Position numbers and translations under genes: made by a program. The notes below the pieces were generated by a model. That model was not told the DNA's origin. It did not search any database and saw nothing but the letters and a program-made list of their open reading frames with translations. Positions 1 to 11,000 of a stretch of DNA of 64,000 nucleotides are shown here, in pieces (within the stretch, counting starts at the first letter, position 1; the number at the start of each line of letters is the position of its first letter). Source of the DNA: Bacteroidota bacterium (GTDB lineage Bacteria > Bacteroidota > Ignavibacteria > UBA10030); assembly GCA_035390885.1 (NCBI GenBank), contig DAOOUW010000002.1:12092-76091 (forward strand), written 5' to 3'.

Positions 1-533
1 AAGCGTATAGTTTGTACGCTGTGAACGGAATTTTATTCAACCATGAATCACCTCGTCGCGGTGAAACTTTTGTTACCCGGAAAACTACACTTGCCGCCGC
101 ACGAATTAAATTAGGACTTCAGAAAGTTCTTCTGTTGGGGAATCTCCATGCAAAACGTGATTGGGGATATGCGCCTGAATATTGTGAAGGAATGTGGAGA
201 ATGCTTCAACAGCCAAATCCAGAGGATTTTGTGCTTGCTACAGGCGAGACACACACAGTGAGAGAGTTTGCTACCGAAGCGTTTGCAGAACTCGATATGG
301 AATTAGAATGGGTCGGTGAAGGAATAGAGGAAAAAGGAATTAGAAAGAGCGATGGGAAAGTCGTTGTCGAGGTTGATCCTCGATATTTTCGTCCAACGGA
401 AGTTGATCTCTTAGTTGGAAATCCTGCAAAAGCAAAAGAGAAACTCGGTTGGGAAGCAAAAACAAAATTCAAGGACCTTGCACATCTTATGGCAAGAGCA
501 GATTATGATAAAGTGAAACGACGCGGTTACTGA
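1..533 (+). CDS. gmd: GDP-mannose 4,6-dehydratase, C-terminal part (5' end lies outside the window)
   Basis: The frame stays open to the window edge (codons from nt 3). The translation [27 protein letters not shown] is the conserved Gmd core motif. fcl follows directly. Confidence 0.9.
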   Translation, partial: AYSLYAVNGILFNHESPRRGETFVTRKTTLAAARIKLGLQKVLLLGNLHAKRDWGYAPEYCEGMWRMLQQPNPEDFVLATGETHTVREFATEAFAELDMELEWVGEGIEEKGIRKSDGKVVVEVDPRYFRPTEVDLLVGNPAKAKEKLGWEAKTKFKDLAHLMARADYDKVKRRGY

Positions 534-553
534 GAATATTCAAGAAGGTTCAA

Positions 554-1489
554 ATGGAAAAAGATGGAAAAATTTATGTTGCGGGCCATTTAGGAATGGT
601 TGGTTCTGCAATTTTGCGTAATCTTAAGTTAAAAGGGTACACAAATTTCGTTTTACGTTCTATCGATGAATTAGAACTAACACGGCAAAAAGAAGTCGAG
701 CAATTCTTCGAATCAGAGCATCCCGACTATGTTTTTCTGGCGGCTGCAAAGGTCGGCGGAATTTATGCCAACAATACTTTTCCTGCCGACTTCATCTACA
801 TCAATTTACAAATTCAAAATAATATCATACACTCATCGTATAAATATGGAGTAAAGAAACTTTGTTTCCTTGGCAGTTCGTGCATCTATCCGAAGTATGC
901 ACCTCAGCCGATGAAAGAAGATTACCTTTTAGACGGCAAACTCGAGCCAACGAATGAACCTTATGCAATTGCTAAAATTGCTGGAATAAAAATGTGCGAG
1001 GCGTACAATCGTCAGTATGGAACGAATTTCATTTCAGTGATGCCGACGAATCTCTATGGCATCAATGATAATTTCGATCTCGAGACTTCCCATGTAGCGC
1101 CAGCGCTTATTCGGAAGTTTATCGAAGCAAAGGAAGCAAATGCTCCATCAGTAGTGATTTGGGGAACAGGGAAACCTCGCCGTGAATTTCTCTTCGTGGA
1201 TGATATGGCGGATGCTTGTACCTTCCTTATGGAAAATTACGACAAGAGCGATTTTATAAACATTGGCGTAGGAAGGGATATCACTATTGAAGAATTAGCA
1301 AATATCATTAAAGAAGAAGTTGGATATGAAGGAGCGATTGTATATGATTCAACCAAGCCCGATGGAACTCCGCAAAAACTTTTAGATGTCAGTAGATTGA
1401 ACTCGCTTGGATGGAATGCAAAAACTCCTCTGCGAGAAGGAATCCGAAAAACAATAGAATGGTATAAGGAAAACCGATTACAGAGATAG
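554..1489 (+). CDS. fcl: GDP-L-fucose synthase (GDP-4-keto-6-deoxymannose 3,5-epimerase/4-reductase)
   Basis: 311 aa. Rossmann N-terminus [12 protein letters not shown] and a YxxxK motif (YAIAK). Length and position right after gmd are typical. Confidence 0.9.
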   Translation: MEKDGKIYVAGHLGMVGSAILRNLKLKGYTNFVLRSIDELELTRQKEVEQFFESEHPDYVFLAAAKVGGIYANNTFPADFIYINLQIQNNIIHSSYKYGVKKLCFLGSSCIYPKYAPQPMKEDYLLDGKLEPTNEPYAIAKIAGIKMCEAYNRQYGTNFISVMPTNLYGINDNFDLETSHVAPALIRKFIEAKEANAPSVVIWGTGKPRREFLFVDDMADACTFLMENYDKSDFINIGVGRDITIEELANIIKEEVGYEGAIVYDSTKPDGTPQKLLDVSRLNSLGWNAKTPLREGIRKTIEWYKENRLQR

Positions 1490-1510
1490 GATGAGAAAAG
1501 GAAATAATCC

Positions 1511-2443
1511 ATGCGTTCTTTAATAACCGGGGGAGCAGGATTTTTAGGTTCGCATTTATGTGATCGACTAATAGCAGAAGGTCACGAGGTCATCTGCATT
1601 GATAATCTCATTACCGGCGACATTTCAAATATTGAACACCTTGCTGGAAATCAACGCTTTCGTTTTATTCATCACGATGTAACTGAATACATTTTCGTTG
1701 ATGGGGAAATTGATTGGGTATTTCACTTTGCCTCACCAGCAAGTCCTATTGATTATCTTAAATTTCCTATTCAAACACTCAAAGTTGGTTCACTAGGTAC
1801 CCATAAAGCATTGGGATTCGCAAAGACAAAGAATGCTCGTTTTCTATTAGCATCAACATCTGAAACTTATGGCGATCCGCTTGTTCATCCGCAGACTGAA
1901 GAATATTGGGGAAATGTAAATCCTGTTGGTCCACGAGGAGTCTATGACGAAGCAAAACGATTTGCCGAGGCAATGACAATGGCATACCATCGCACCCATG
2001 GACTGGATACAAGAATTGTTCGAATTTTTAATACGTATGGAGAGCGGATGCGAGTGCAGGATGGCAGGGCAATTCCTGCGTTTATGTCTCAAGCGTTACG
2101 GAATGAAGATGTTACTGTTTTTGGCGATGGTTCGCAGACCAGAAGCGTTTGTTATGTCTCGGATCTTATTGAAGGGATTTTTCGGCTTATGAATTCAGAT
2201 TATCATTTGCCGATGAATATTGGAAATCCCGATGAAGTAACGATCCTTCAGCTGGCGAAAGAGATTATAGAAATTACAGGAAGCAAAAGTAAAATTGTAT
2301 TTCAAGAATTGCCACAAGATGATCCAAAGGTGCGGCAGCCGGATATTACGAAGGCAAAAACAATTTTAGGCTGGAAACCAAAAGTCCCGCGTGTAGAAGG
2401 CTTACAACGAACATTGGAGTACTTTAAGAAGAAAGTATCATAA
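1511..2443 (+). CDS. uxs: UDP-glucuronate decarboxylase (UDP-xylose synthase) family SDR
   Basis: 310 aa. Motifs [25 protein letters not shown] and YDEAKRFAE (YxxxK). Overall UXS/ArnA-decarboxylase-like pattern. Confidence 0.85.
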   Translation: MRSLITGGAGFLGSHLCDRLIAEGHEVICIDNLITGDISNIEHLAGNQRFRFIHHDVTEYIFVDGEIDWVFHFASPASPIDYLKFPIQTLKVGSLGTHKALGFAKTKNARFLLASTSETYGDPLVHPQTEEYWGNVNPVGPRGVYDEAKRFAEAMTMAYHRTHGLDTRIVRIFNTYGERMRVQDGRAIPAFMSQALRNEDVTVFGDGSQTRSVCYVSDLIEGIFRLMNSDYHLPMNIGNPDEVTILQLAKEIIEITGSKSKIVFQELPQDDPKVRQPDITKAKTILGWKPKVPRVEGLQRTLEYFKKKVS

Positions 2444-2515
2444 AATCTTGCATTGTTAAGAGTAGATTCCATTTCAAAAGTTTTTCGCGTGTTTCATTAT
2501 CAATCATATTGGTAA

Positions 2516-3304
2516 ATGATGTTTATCGATAATCCTTTAACAAAAGTACTATATACTATTGAACCTGCACAGGTTGTTGACGTGCTGGGTGTTCATGTTC
2601 CTATTATATCAAAAGATGAACTCACTAATCGTTTTAGAAATTTACTTCTTGCTGATACCAAGGGATGGATAAGTTATGTCAATGTTCATGCAATAAATCT
2701 TGCAAATAACATCCCTTGGTTCAAAGAATTTCTTAATAATTCTCTTATTACATATTGCGATGGGGTAGGTGTATCCTATGCTATTAAAATTTTATATAAT
2801 GAACATCAAGACAGAATTGCCCTCTCTGATTGGATATATGATATCTGTGCTGAAATTGAACAAGCAGGGAAAAGAGTTTTCCTCCTCGGAAGTACACCTC
2901 AGGTTGTTAGTACAGCGGTTATAAATTTACAGTTATTATTTCCACGACTTCAAATCGCAGGAAGTTACCATGGATATTTTTCATCAAATGAAGAAGCTAT
3001 CATAGTTGAACTCATCAATTCGTGCAAAGTCGATGTTTTAATTGTTAGTATGGGCATGCCTAAACAAGAGGAATGGATACAAAAGTATTTCCACGATCTA
3101 AATGTAAAGATAACCTTAAACGGCGGCTTTGTTTTGGAATTTGTTGCTGGAGCAAAAAAACGATGTCCTCGATGGTTGTCTAATCTTGGATTAGAATGGC
3201 TTTTCCGATTATTACAGGAACCGCGCCGCTTGTGGAGAAGATATCTTATTGGTAATCCATTGTTTCTATGGAAAGTGCTTGTGCATCGCATTTCTTCTAA
3301 ATAG
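2516..3304 (+). CDS. WecB/TagA/CpsF family (GT26) glycosyltransferase
   Basis: 262 aa. VSMGMPKQEEWI and NGGFVLEF..G...RCPRW..NLGLEWLFRL are hallmark GT26 motifs. Confidence 0.8.
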   Translation: MMFIDNPLTKVLYTIEPAQVVDVLGVHVPIISKDELTNRFRNLLLADTKGWISYVNVHAINLANNIPWFKEFLNNSLITYCDGVGVSYAIKILYNEHQDRIALSDWIYDICAEIEQAGKRVFLLGSTPQVVSTAVINLQLLFPRLQIAGSYHGYFSSNEEAIIVELINSCKVDVLIVSMGMPKQEEWIQKYFHDLNVKITLNGGFVLEFVAGAKKRCPRWLSNLGLEWLFRLLQEPRRLWRRYLIGNPLFLWKVLVHRISSK

Positions 3305-4249
3305 ATGAACTACTCCAGTCAAAAAATAGATGCACCTTCATATCCTTTGATTTCAGCTATAGTGTTAAGTTATAACCGACGGGAAGATCTTCAACGTACT
3401 TTAACAAATCTCCTTCAAGATTCTTATCCCTCCCTTGAGATTATTGTTGTCGACAATGCATCTATCGATAATAGCGGAGAAATGGTACACACAGATTTTC
3501 CAACTGTCAAACTCATTCAGCTTAACACAAATATTGGCATTGCAGGATGGAATGAAGGAATGAAGGTGGCAAGCGGAGAATATTTTTTATGTCTGGATGA
3601 TGATAGCTATCCTTTATCTGATTCACTGCAGAAGATATTGCCATCTCTTTGCTCCACCAAAATTCTTAGCTTGAAGATAGTTACTCCTTCGGGTCAACTA
3701 GATTCACCGTATTTCGATACTTCGTTTCAGCAAAGGACATTTATAGGTTGCGGAGTAATTATTCCAAAATATATTTATAAGACAATTGGAGGATTTAACC
3801 AAACTCTATTTATTTATCAGCATGAACTTGATTATTCCATACGAGCTATAGATAAGGGATTTAGCATTCAGTACGTTCCCGAAGCAATAGTGTGCCATTC
3901 GCGCTCTAGGGGAAATCGAGAGATTCAAAATGGAAGAGATCGTCGAGTAATGTATTATATGACACGAAATTCTCTAATTATAGTCTTACAATACTTTTCA
4001 TTACAAAAAATTATCGGTAGAATTGCGAGAATATTGCTCGGTCGACTTTCATTTGCTGTTTTTTCAGGAACTTTCCTCATTACGGTAAAGGCAATAATTG
4101 ATGGTTTAAATCAGGGATGGAAATATAGAAATAGCTCTACAATTGTTTCTCGTAAGACACAAGAGTTTTATGAGTATGGGAAATATGCAGGTTCTTTCTT
4201 TTGCGATGGTCTGTATGGTTTTAAACGTCCTAAATTCTTGAATAAGTGA
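3305..4249 (+). CDS. Family 2 glycosyltransferase
   Basis: The ATG directly follows the upstream stop. Motifs ISAIVLSYNRREDL, VVDNASIDNS and a DXD motif (LDDDS). Confidence 0.8.
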   Translation: MNYSSQKIDAPSYPLISAIVLSYNRREDLQRTLTNLLQDSYPSLEIIVVDNASIDNSGEMVHTDFPTVKLIQLNTNIGIAGWNEGMKVASGEYFLCLDDDSYPLSDSLQKILPSLCSTKILSLKIVTPSGQLDSPYFDTSFQQRTFIGCGVIIPKYIYKTIGGFNQTLFIYQHELDYSIRAIDKGFSIQYVPEAIVCHSRSRGNREIQNGRDRRVMYYMTRNSLIIVLQYFSLQKIIGRIARILLGRLSFAVFSGTFLITVKAIIDGLNQGWKYRNSSTIVSRKTQEFYEYGKYAGSFFCDGLYGFKRPKFLNK

Positions 4250-5454
4250 AAGCTATGATACCAGAAAAGTATGAATTTCTTATCATTGGTAATTCTAGCT
4301 TTCTTGGGCTCTATCATAGAGAACAAGCGATAGCAAAAGAAATTGCTTCACGAGGATATACTGTTCGATTTATTGAAGAAATGCCATCGCTTGCATCCAA
4401 GGTTCGAAGTCTCACTATTTATCGATTTCAACCTCAGTCAAAATTGACCATAGAGGCGATGCCTGAACTCCCAGCTAATTTACATATATACACGCCACCG
4501 ACTGTACCGACGTTTTATCGTAGCAGTTATACTCCATTTTTTGATAAACTTCTTTTTCGTAGTTGGTTTAAAAAACAATTCAAGGAACTGCAATGGAATA
4601 ATACAATCTGTATAGCAATGTTTCCATATTTATGGAACGGTTATCTGGATAATAGCATTAAGAAATCGAGACTTATAATATATGATGTTTACGATGCGCC
4701 GGAAATGTCCTGCAGGAATTCGCACGCTTTAAGAATGCTTTTAGAAGGAGAGGAAATTCTTCTAAAACATGTTCATTTGATTACTTATAGCGCTCATGCA
4801 ATGCAAGATTATATAGAGCAAAAGTATGGAGATATTCAAAGTCTATGGATACCTAATGCTGTTGATGCAAACTTCGTTCAGCAATGCCAAATGCAGCACA
4901 CAAAACACAGAGGACGAAAAAGAATTGGATTTGTCGGAGTATTAAATTCCCGAATAATAGATTATGAGCTAATATTGAAAATGGTTGATTCTCTAGTAGA
5001 GTATGACTTTGTTTTTCAGTCTCCTGCTCAATCTTCGTTTGTAAAAGAATTGCAGATGCGTTCTAATGTTTCTTTAAGACTGGTGACGCCTCATGACAAA
5101 CTACCAGAATTTCTAAGCACAATCGATCTTGCGATTATTCCGTTTGCGGTAAATACAATTACAGAAATTGTCAATCCTTTAAAAATGTACGAGTATCTTT
5201 CTGCAGGTATCCCAATTGTTGCAATGAGAACGGAAGAGTTAGAATACTACAAAGATTTTCTTTATTTAGCGGATAACCATTCGCAATTCATTGAATTGAT
5301 ACGGACAGCAATCAAGGAAGATTCTATAGAAAAACGTGAGGCGAGAAAAGAATTTGCCTTGAAAAATACATGGGAATATCGTGTTGACGTATTGTTTGAA
5401 GCAATCCAGAATTATTTAGAGTCAATTGGTCTACAAAATGAAAATATTTGCTAA
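4246..5454 (+). CDS. GT-B fold (GT4/GT1-like) glycosyltransferase
   Basis: 402 aa. The C-terminal half resembles a retaining GT-B (IGFVGVLN..., NPLKMYEYLSAGIPIVA). The GTG at 4246 overlaps the upstream stop; an in-frame ATG at 4255 is an alternative start. Confidence 0.6.
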   Translation: MKAMIPEKYEFLIIGNSSFLGLYHREQAIAKEIASRGYTVRFIEEMPSLASKVRSLTIYRFQPQSKLTIEAMPELPANLHIYTPPTVPTFYRSSYTPFFDKLLFRSWFKKQFKELQWNNTICIAMFPYLWNGYLDNSIKKSRLIIYDVYDAPEMSCRNSHALRMLLEGEEILLKHVHLITYSAHAMQDYIEQKYGDIQSLWIPNAVDANFVQQCQMQHTKHRGRKRIGFVGVLNSRIIDYELILKMVDSLVEYDFVFQSPAQSSFVKELQMRSNVSLRLVTPHDKLPEFLSTIDLAIIPFAVNTITEIVNPLKMYEYLSAGIPIVAMRTEELEYYKDFLYLADNHSQFIELIRTAIKEDSIEKREARKEFALKNTWEYRVDVLFEAIQNYLESIGLQNENIC

Positions 5455-6910
5455 GATAATTTTATTCATACTTATTTTCCTGATGCTTAGTACGCTGTTC
5501 TACAAAGACTTTAATGGCGGCGATGATACATATATATATCTTCAATATGTGAAACATATCTTAAATGGAAATGGAATTACATTTAATGCTGGGGAACGGA
5601 CATACGGTTTTACAAGTGTCTTGTGGTTATTGATTCTTACGATATTGCAGACATTCATTCGAAATGCTCTTACTGCTTCAATTGTAGCAAGTCTTGGTGT
5701 AAGTGTTTTGCTGATTATTTTTATGTGGTTCCTTGTTTATAGTTTTACCGGGAATAATAAAATAGCATTACTGGCTAGCTTCTTAACGTCTTTAGATCCA
5801 AATGTTCTGAAGCATTCATTCATTGGAATGGAAGCGCCTTTAACAGGTCTTCTGGGATTGATTGCAATCATTTTGAATAAAGACAATGAAGGGAAGCAAT
5901 TAAAGTTCTACGCATCTGGGTTAATCTGTGGACTTGGCTGTTTAAATAGGCCGGAAATGATAATTCTGGTTATTCTCTTGATGATTGACAAAATATGGAA
6001 CAAGACTACTATAAAAAATTTTTTTATTTGGCTTGTTATGGTGATGCTTCCAATTGCAGTATGGAGCATATTTGCATATTTGTATTTTGGCACCTGTATC
6101 CCCAGTACGGTATTAGCGAAAGGGGCAGCTTATCCGCTATTTATGAATTTTTGGCAAAATATAAAGGATATATTTGCTATTTTAGCGGTTCCATATTCAA
6201 TAGTGATTTTCATTATTGTTTTCCATCTTGTATATAAACTGGCGACACCAAATCAATACAAAGAAAAGTGGATTAGAAAAAATTGGATCTTTTATGCCTT
6301 CCCAATTATCCAAATATTAGTTTATAGCATAATGGTAAGTAACGAATTAGTATATGCAAGATACTTATATATCTTTTTCCCAATTCTAATTCTTTTGGTC
6401 TCTGAAATTTTATTTGAGACATTGGTTTTTGCTAAATGGAAGAATTCATTATTAGTAGCGATTATTGCAAATTTTCTTTTGGCATCATTCGTTATGAGTT
6501 GGGGAATAAAGTCAACTTATGTACAAAGAGAATGCACTAAATCACGTTGTATTCAATGGATTAATAGACATACACCCCAAAATGCTTCAATTGCAACCGT
6601 GCAGATTGGCAGAATTGCATATGAGACTGATAGAAAAGTGATTAGTCTTAACGGAATTATTAATCCAAACTTTATTAATTATGATAAAAAAGGCAAAGAC
6701 TCAGAATATGTGTTGAAAGTTAAACCGGACTACATTGTTATTGATGGCAAATCAAGTCAAGATAAGGGAATTTTTGAAAATTTAGAGAATGCAAGTGTTG
6801 TTGCAAGTTTTGAGGATACACAGACAGTTTTAACCCGTCAATTATTTCATTCAGGTGCTAAGGAAGCTAAAACATATATGAATATTATCAAGTTAGCATG
6901 GCGAGAATGA
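5438..6910 (+). CDS. Polytopic membrane protein, putative GT-C fold (ArnT/PMT-like) glycosyltransferase or polymerase
   Basis: About 12 hydrophobic segments. The first loop carries an acidic GGDDTYIYLQYVKHILNGNG motif, as in GT-C enzymes. There is a soluble C-terminal domain of about 130 aa. I prefer the ATG at 5438 over the TTG at 5426. Confidence 0.45.
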   Translation: MKIFAKIILFILIFLMLSTLFYKDFNGGDDTYIYLQYVKHILNGNGITFNAGERTYGFTSVLWLLILTILQTFIRNALTASIVASLGVSVLLIIFMWFLVYSFTGNNKIALLASFLTSLDPNVLKHSFIGMEAPLTGLLGLIAIILNKDNEGKQLKFYASGLICGLGCLNRPEMIILVILLMIDKIWNKTTIKNFFIWLVMVMLPIAVWSIFAYLYFGTCIPSTVLAKGAAYPLFMNFWQNIKDIFAILAVPYSIVIFIIVFHLVYKLATPNQYKEKWIRKNWIFYAFPIIQILVYSIMVSNELVYARYLYIFFPILILLVSEILFETLVFAKWKNSLLVAIIANFLLASFVMSWGIKSTYVQRECTKSRCIQWINRHTPQNASIATVQIGRIAYETDRKVISLNGIINPNFINYDKKGKDSEYVLKVKPDYIVIDGKSSQDKGIFENLENASVVASFEDTQTVLTRQLFHSGAKEAKTYMNIIKLAWRE

Positions 6911-8019
6911 ACATTCTATTTCTTACCGATGAGCTTCTTCCGGGCGGTGTATCGAAGTATGTCGTTGATCTTGCAAATGCATTAGTATCGGAAGGAAATA
7001 CTGTCGCTGTAGCTTCAACGGATGGTCCCTATAGAAAAAGATTATCGCAAAATGTGCGTTTCATTCCAATTCAATTACTCCAACCCAATTCCTATAACAA
7101 AAATATATTGGGAATTCCATTGTCATTAACAGCTCTCAAACGACATCTTCGACAGGAACATTATGACATCATCCATACTCAAAAGAGGTATTCGGATTTA
7201 ATCGGTAAACTTATTGCACGCAAATTTAATATTCCTCATGTCTCAACCTGTCACAATACATTTCACAATCATAAATACTTATCTGTTTTTGGCGATTATA
7301 TTATTGCTGTGAGTGATTCGATTCGCTCTGTTCTTATCGAGGAGTATAAAAAATCTCCCGAGAGAGTCGTTACAATCCATAATGGAATATTTCCATTGAA
7401 ACCAGCCAATGATGAAGATATACGAAGTTTTCGTTCTTCACTAGGAATTGCGGATAGCTCTGCAGTTATTGGAAGCGTCGGGCAATTTATTCCAGCAAAA
7501 GATCGAACATCGCTTGTGCTGGGATTTTCAGAAGTTCTAAAAAATATCAATCGAGACGCTCATCTCATCATCGTTGGCGATGGACAGGAGAAGGAAAACA
7601 TTCTTGAGCTTATTGGACAACTTGGAATCCAAAATTTTGTGCATATTCTTCCACCATCGAGTAGTATTGAGTTGCTTTTTTCTTCTGTAGATTTTTGCGT
7701 ACTATCTTCTATTCAAGAAGGATTTCCTTATGTCATTCTTGAAGCGGCGAGTCTTAAGAAACCTTTTGTTGCAACTCAAGTTGGCGGAGTGTGTGAATTT
7801 GTGGAAAATGGAGTTACAGGTTTAACTATTCCTTCAAGATCGCCAGAACTTTTAGCTAAAGGAATGATTACGTTAATTAATAATCCTGATTTGTGCCGTC
7901 GTTTGGGAAATGCTGCTAGGGAACGATTCCAACAAAATCATACTTTTGATCGGATGATTCAATCAACATTAAGCGTATATGAAAAGGCATTACATAGAAA
8001 AAATTCATTTGCTAAGTAA
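6898..8019 (+). CDS. Family 4 glycosyltransferase
   Basis: 373 aa. N-terminus MNILFLTDELLPGGVSKYVVDLANAL and the E-x7-E motif EGFPYVILEAASLKKPFVATQVGG. Confidence 0.85.
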   Translation: MARMNILFLTDELLPGGVSKYVVDLANALVSEGNTVAVASTDGPYRKRLSQNVRFIPIQLLQPNSYNKNILGIPLSLTALKRHLRQEHYDIIHTQKRYSDLIGKLIARKFNIPHVSTCHNTFHNHKYLSVFGDYIIAVSDSIRSVLIEEYKKSPERVVTIHNGIFPLKPANDEDIRSFRSSLGIADSSAVIGSVGQFIPAKDRTSLVLGFSEVLKNINRDAHLIIVGDGQEKENILELIGQLGIQNFVHILPPSSSIELLFSSVDFCVLSSIQEGFPYVILEAASLKKPFVATQVGGVCEFVENGVTGLTIPSRSPELLAKGMITLINNPDLCRRLGNAARERFQQNHTFDRMIQSTLSVYEKALHRKNSFAK

Positions 8020-11000
8020 CCATTTGTTAAGTCAAATTATTGTCTTAACGATTTTTGTATTGGCGCCTTTTTGCTCTTTATTTTCTCAGAATATTTCTGA
8101 AAAATCGTATACTTGGGGAAAGGTTAAAACCGAGCAGAATGGCGATGCGTTGAATGTTAACGTACACTTTTTGAAAAATGCCTACAGTCATCCTGAATTT
8201 GATGTTCTGAATTCCAATAATGAAAATAATACTGACAATAAAAAAAGTTATTTTCGTGTTGCATTACCTGCAGGGTATTCTGTGCAATCTTCAAAAGCCA
8301 AAATAGGTTCTCAAATTCAAGCAAATGTTGGGATAAACCAAAATGGACTACAGGTGGATGAAATTGAATGGTTCCGTGGAATACAATGCGCTCGATTATC
8401 GATCGATATTTCAACTTTATCATCCGATGTTGACAGCATTGATTTTAATCTCCCGCTAATAAGGAATACTTCTAATAGCGTCATCTCGCCAAAATATTGG
8501 GATAAATATTTTAGTAGAGTAAAAGACATACTCTTTACAAATTACTCTTCTTCCGCTGAATCTTACACATTGCTACAATGGAATGATACAACAGGAGGGT
8601 GGATTCAATACAATCAACCTTATGTTCGTCTCTCGATTCCCGAAGATGGAATTTACCGACTTCAATATCAAGATATCGCTTCTATATATTCACAAGCGTC
8701 AGCAATAGAACCGACAACGCTAAAATTATTTAATAAGGGAAAAGAAATTCCGGTGTACGTTCAAGGAGAAGAAGACGGAGAATTCGATGAAGGAGATTAC
8801 ATTGAGTTTCCAGCATTGAAAAATTATGGTGAGAAGGATTATAGGCAAATTCCTTCTTCAAATGAAGAATATCCTGAATATATGAATCGCTACACCGATA
8901 CTTCGTACTATTGGCTCACGTGGGGAGGCGAAGCAGGGAAGAGGTTAGCATCAAACGATGGAATAACCTCCAGCGATACACTTCTTTGGTATACTGAAAA
9001 AATTCATGTGGAAAAAGATGCGTGGCTTCTTCCGATAGGAAGCGATGATATTCAGAATCAATATCCGTACTGGCAATTAAATGATATGTGGTGCTGGAGT
9101 TTTTTAGGCGCTGGCGGAAAAATTTCATTCCCAGTAAATACTTCTGATGTATTTGCTGGGAAACCAGGAAAAGTTTTCGTACGATTTGCAAATTATGGCG
9201 CCTCGAGTACGGCTCCTCAAAAAGTGTGGATTACTTTCAATTCAAGCGCTGTCTTAGATTCAATGTACTTAAATCGTTTTGGACATGGCTTACTTTCTGC
9301 AAATGTTGATCCAGCCCTGATCAAGTCAGGAAATAATGCACTTTACTTGTGGTCGCAATCATTATCATCTGGATGGAACACTGTTGTCTACGATTGGGGT
9401 GAACTGGAATATCCACGTACGCTAAAAGTAATCAATGATAGACTCGTGGCAACCTTTATAGAACCTGAGCAAATTGGCGTGCATACTCTTGTTGTTCAGG
9501 GATTTACATCATCTTCCATTATTATCTATAAAATTTCTCAAACACCAAAGAAGATCAGTCATTATGAACTATCGACTGGCGCGGCGCCATATTCGGTATC
9601 ATTTCCAGACACTGTAAATCTTAACGATAAATATATTTTTTGCACTGAGGAAACTATTAAAAAACCACGTATATGTGAAATAAAACAATTCGTAAATTTA
9701 CGAAATTCTGCACATAAAGCAGATTACATATTGTTAACAGCGCAGACTTTTCTTACAATTGCAGAAAATTATTGTCGGTACATTGAACAATCAACTGGAT
9801 TAACAACAGCGTTGATCAATATTCGGGATGTATTCGATGAATTTGGATACGGTTATCCAACTTCAGAAAGTATCTCTGAATTTTTAAGAGCAACAACTCG
9901 ATGGCAATTACCTATGCCATCGTATCTTTTTATTGTTGGAGATGGAACATACGATTTTAAGTATAATCTTGCAGGTACGGACACTTCAAAATGGGTACCT
10001 AATTTTGTTCCACCGTATGGCTATCCAGTCAGTGATGCGTTATATACTGTTCTTGATGATGCATCTCCTTTGCCACAATTATATGTCGGAAGACTCCCAG
10101 TCGAGAGTGCGGATGAGTTTCAGCATTATTTTGAACACTATCAACAGTATAATTTACAACCGAACGATGAATGGAATAAAACTTTCTTGATGTTTTCTGG
10201 AGGAAGTTCCTCTAATCCATCGGAAATAACTATAATGAAAAATGTAAATCAGAGTGTCATTGATACGATCATCAAGCCAGTTCCGCTTGGCGGGAAAGCG
10301 CGACATTTTTATAAAACTATAAATCCTCCTTCTGATATGGGACCATTTTCTGTCGATGAAATTCAGCATGCAATTGATGAAGGTGGAATTGTAATAAATT
10401 ATATCGGACATAGCGGAACGCAAACGTGGGATAATGGAATTACAAATATAAACCAGCTTAAGAACTCGGTCAATCGGTTTCCGTTGATCTGTGATTTTGG
10501 ATGCTCAACTGCTAAATTTGCAGAATCAAATATTCGTTGCTTTGGGGAACTATTTGTAACAACTGATGATGTACCAGCAATTGGTTATATTGGAAATAGT
10601 TCACTTGGATTTTTAACCTTTGCACAAAGAGCGCCGCTCTTATTTTACTTGACGCTTATCAAGGATACTGTTCACTGTATTGGACAGACTCATTTGATAA
10701 CAAAACTTCGATATGTTGGAACTGCTTCTCAATCAATGCTCAACCAGATTTTACTTTATACAAACACATTGCTTGGCGATCCTTCTGTTCAAATTGCATT
10801 GCCATCGGCTCCTAATTTTCGTATCAATGAATCGAATATTTCTTCAACTCCTAATATCCCGACCGATAACGAGCAACTGTTAAATCTCACTATTCCCTAC
10901 ATCAACAGTGGATTAGTGGTGCCTGACACTGTGAAAATAAAAATTAGCCACTTATTTCAGGGCGCAAATTATGATACACTCATCTATCGTCAATGTCCAC

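Noticed and set aside
7979-8019. The 41-nt overlap between GT4 and the C25 gene, considered as evidence for a frameshift or fusion
   Set aside because: Both frames have independent, complete domain structures. The overlap is more simply explained by uncertainty in the C25 start codon upstream of its signal peptide.
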